Shown in pieces: positions 19,349 to 20,000 of a stretch of DNA of 20,000 nucleotides (position 1 is the stretch's first letter; every line of letters starts with the position of its first letter). The notes under the pieces are model-generated. The model saw only the letters and a list, made by a program, of their open reading frames with translations. It had not been told where the DNA came from and did not search any database. Origin of the DNA: Catajapyx aquilonaris. Its lineage: Eukaryota. The translations under genes were made by a program, and so were the position numbers. The DNA is taken from positions 47,501-67,500 of the forward strand of contig KZ538479.1 of NCBI GenBank assembly GCA_000934665.2, written 5' to 3'.

Positions 19349-20000
19349 GTGAGCAACAACAACAATAAAAACAGTTTCAGCTGCAAAGGCAATAGTAGAA
19401 AACAGATTTGCCGGCTCGTTGAAAAACGGCTCCCTGGGAAAGGTGGAGTTTTTCAATTGGGCAGAATGAATGGTCGCCCAGGCAATATCAATCCACTCTT
19501 TTACAGCGACTCCATTCAGGGACAGAATGTGGAAACTCACTCCACAGCTACCATTCAGAGCCTCAAGCGGCCATTATGGATCACACTCACTCTCACTCTT
19601 TAACCTACCCCCTCCATATAGCCCCTTCCCCTATCGTGGCTTTACAAGTCTAGTTCTTTGTAAAAGCGTGAGAAAACCGGATTCGAATTTCTATTGCCCA
19701 ACATCAGCATCTTTCCCATCCGAAGTATTACTACACCTGTTACGACATATTATGTAAGGCTGGGTTTTAAATGTGTAAGGTCAATATCCTGGAAACGGTT
19801 CTAAGCATTACAGTGCATGGCCTGCTTGCTTTTTAATTGACCTCAAAAGGTTTCGTTAATTAAAAGTTAACTTAGGTGGTGATGTAACTTTTATTTTAAA
19901 AAATTCTTCTTCTAATACATATTTCTAGACGTATGTCTGTCTCTCCTGTTATTCGCTATGCAAATCCGTACGGAGGCCCCGACATATGCCCCAGGGGTTT

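Noticed and set aside
7..19757. All ORFs in the supplied six-frame track as protein-coding genes
   Set aside because: All are under 150 aa, overlap on both strands, many use non-ATG starts, are biased to G/P/R/S from homopolymer tracts, and show no recognisable domain.

Overview
Eukaryotic, probably animal (inferred), mostly non-coding DNA that reads like large introns or intergenic sequence from a draft assembly; two short N gaps both directly follow G runs. None of the supplied ORFs looks like a real protein and I recognise no gene. Best-supported content: (1) three tRNA-derived SINE-like elements at 5167-5495 (-), 7263-7514 (-) and 7553-7909 (+), with Pol III A/B boxes and partly shared 3' tails, two of them with clear target-site duplications, but with largely different hairpin-rich bodies; (2) a MITE-like family at 6948-7065 and 8840-9126, with a possible decayed copy near 16.8 kb, the long copy holding a ~116-bp imperfect hairpin and a 64-bp perfect palindrome; (3) other inverted-repeat elements at 1398-1639 and 2561-2649, and a perfect 28-bp palindrome centred on TGACGTCA at 12110-12137; (4) three short frame-preserving candidate exons on + (45, 57 and 24 nt) of an unidentified gene; (5) long G/C homopolymers and purine/pyrimidine-skewed patches alternating with AT-rich spacers. 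No CRISPR, rRNA or transposase/RT ORF was seen. I found no clearly new biological system; the best leads are the modular SINE trio and the palindrome-bearing MITE family.
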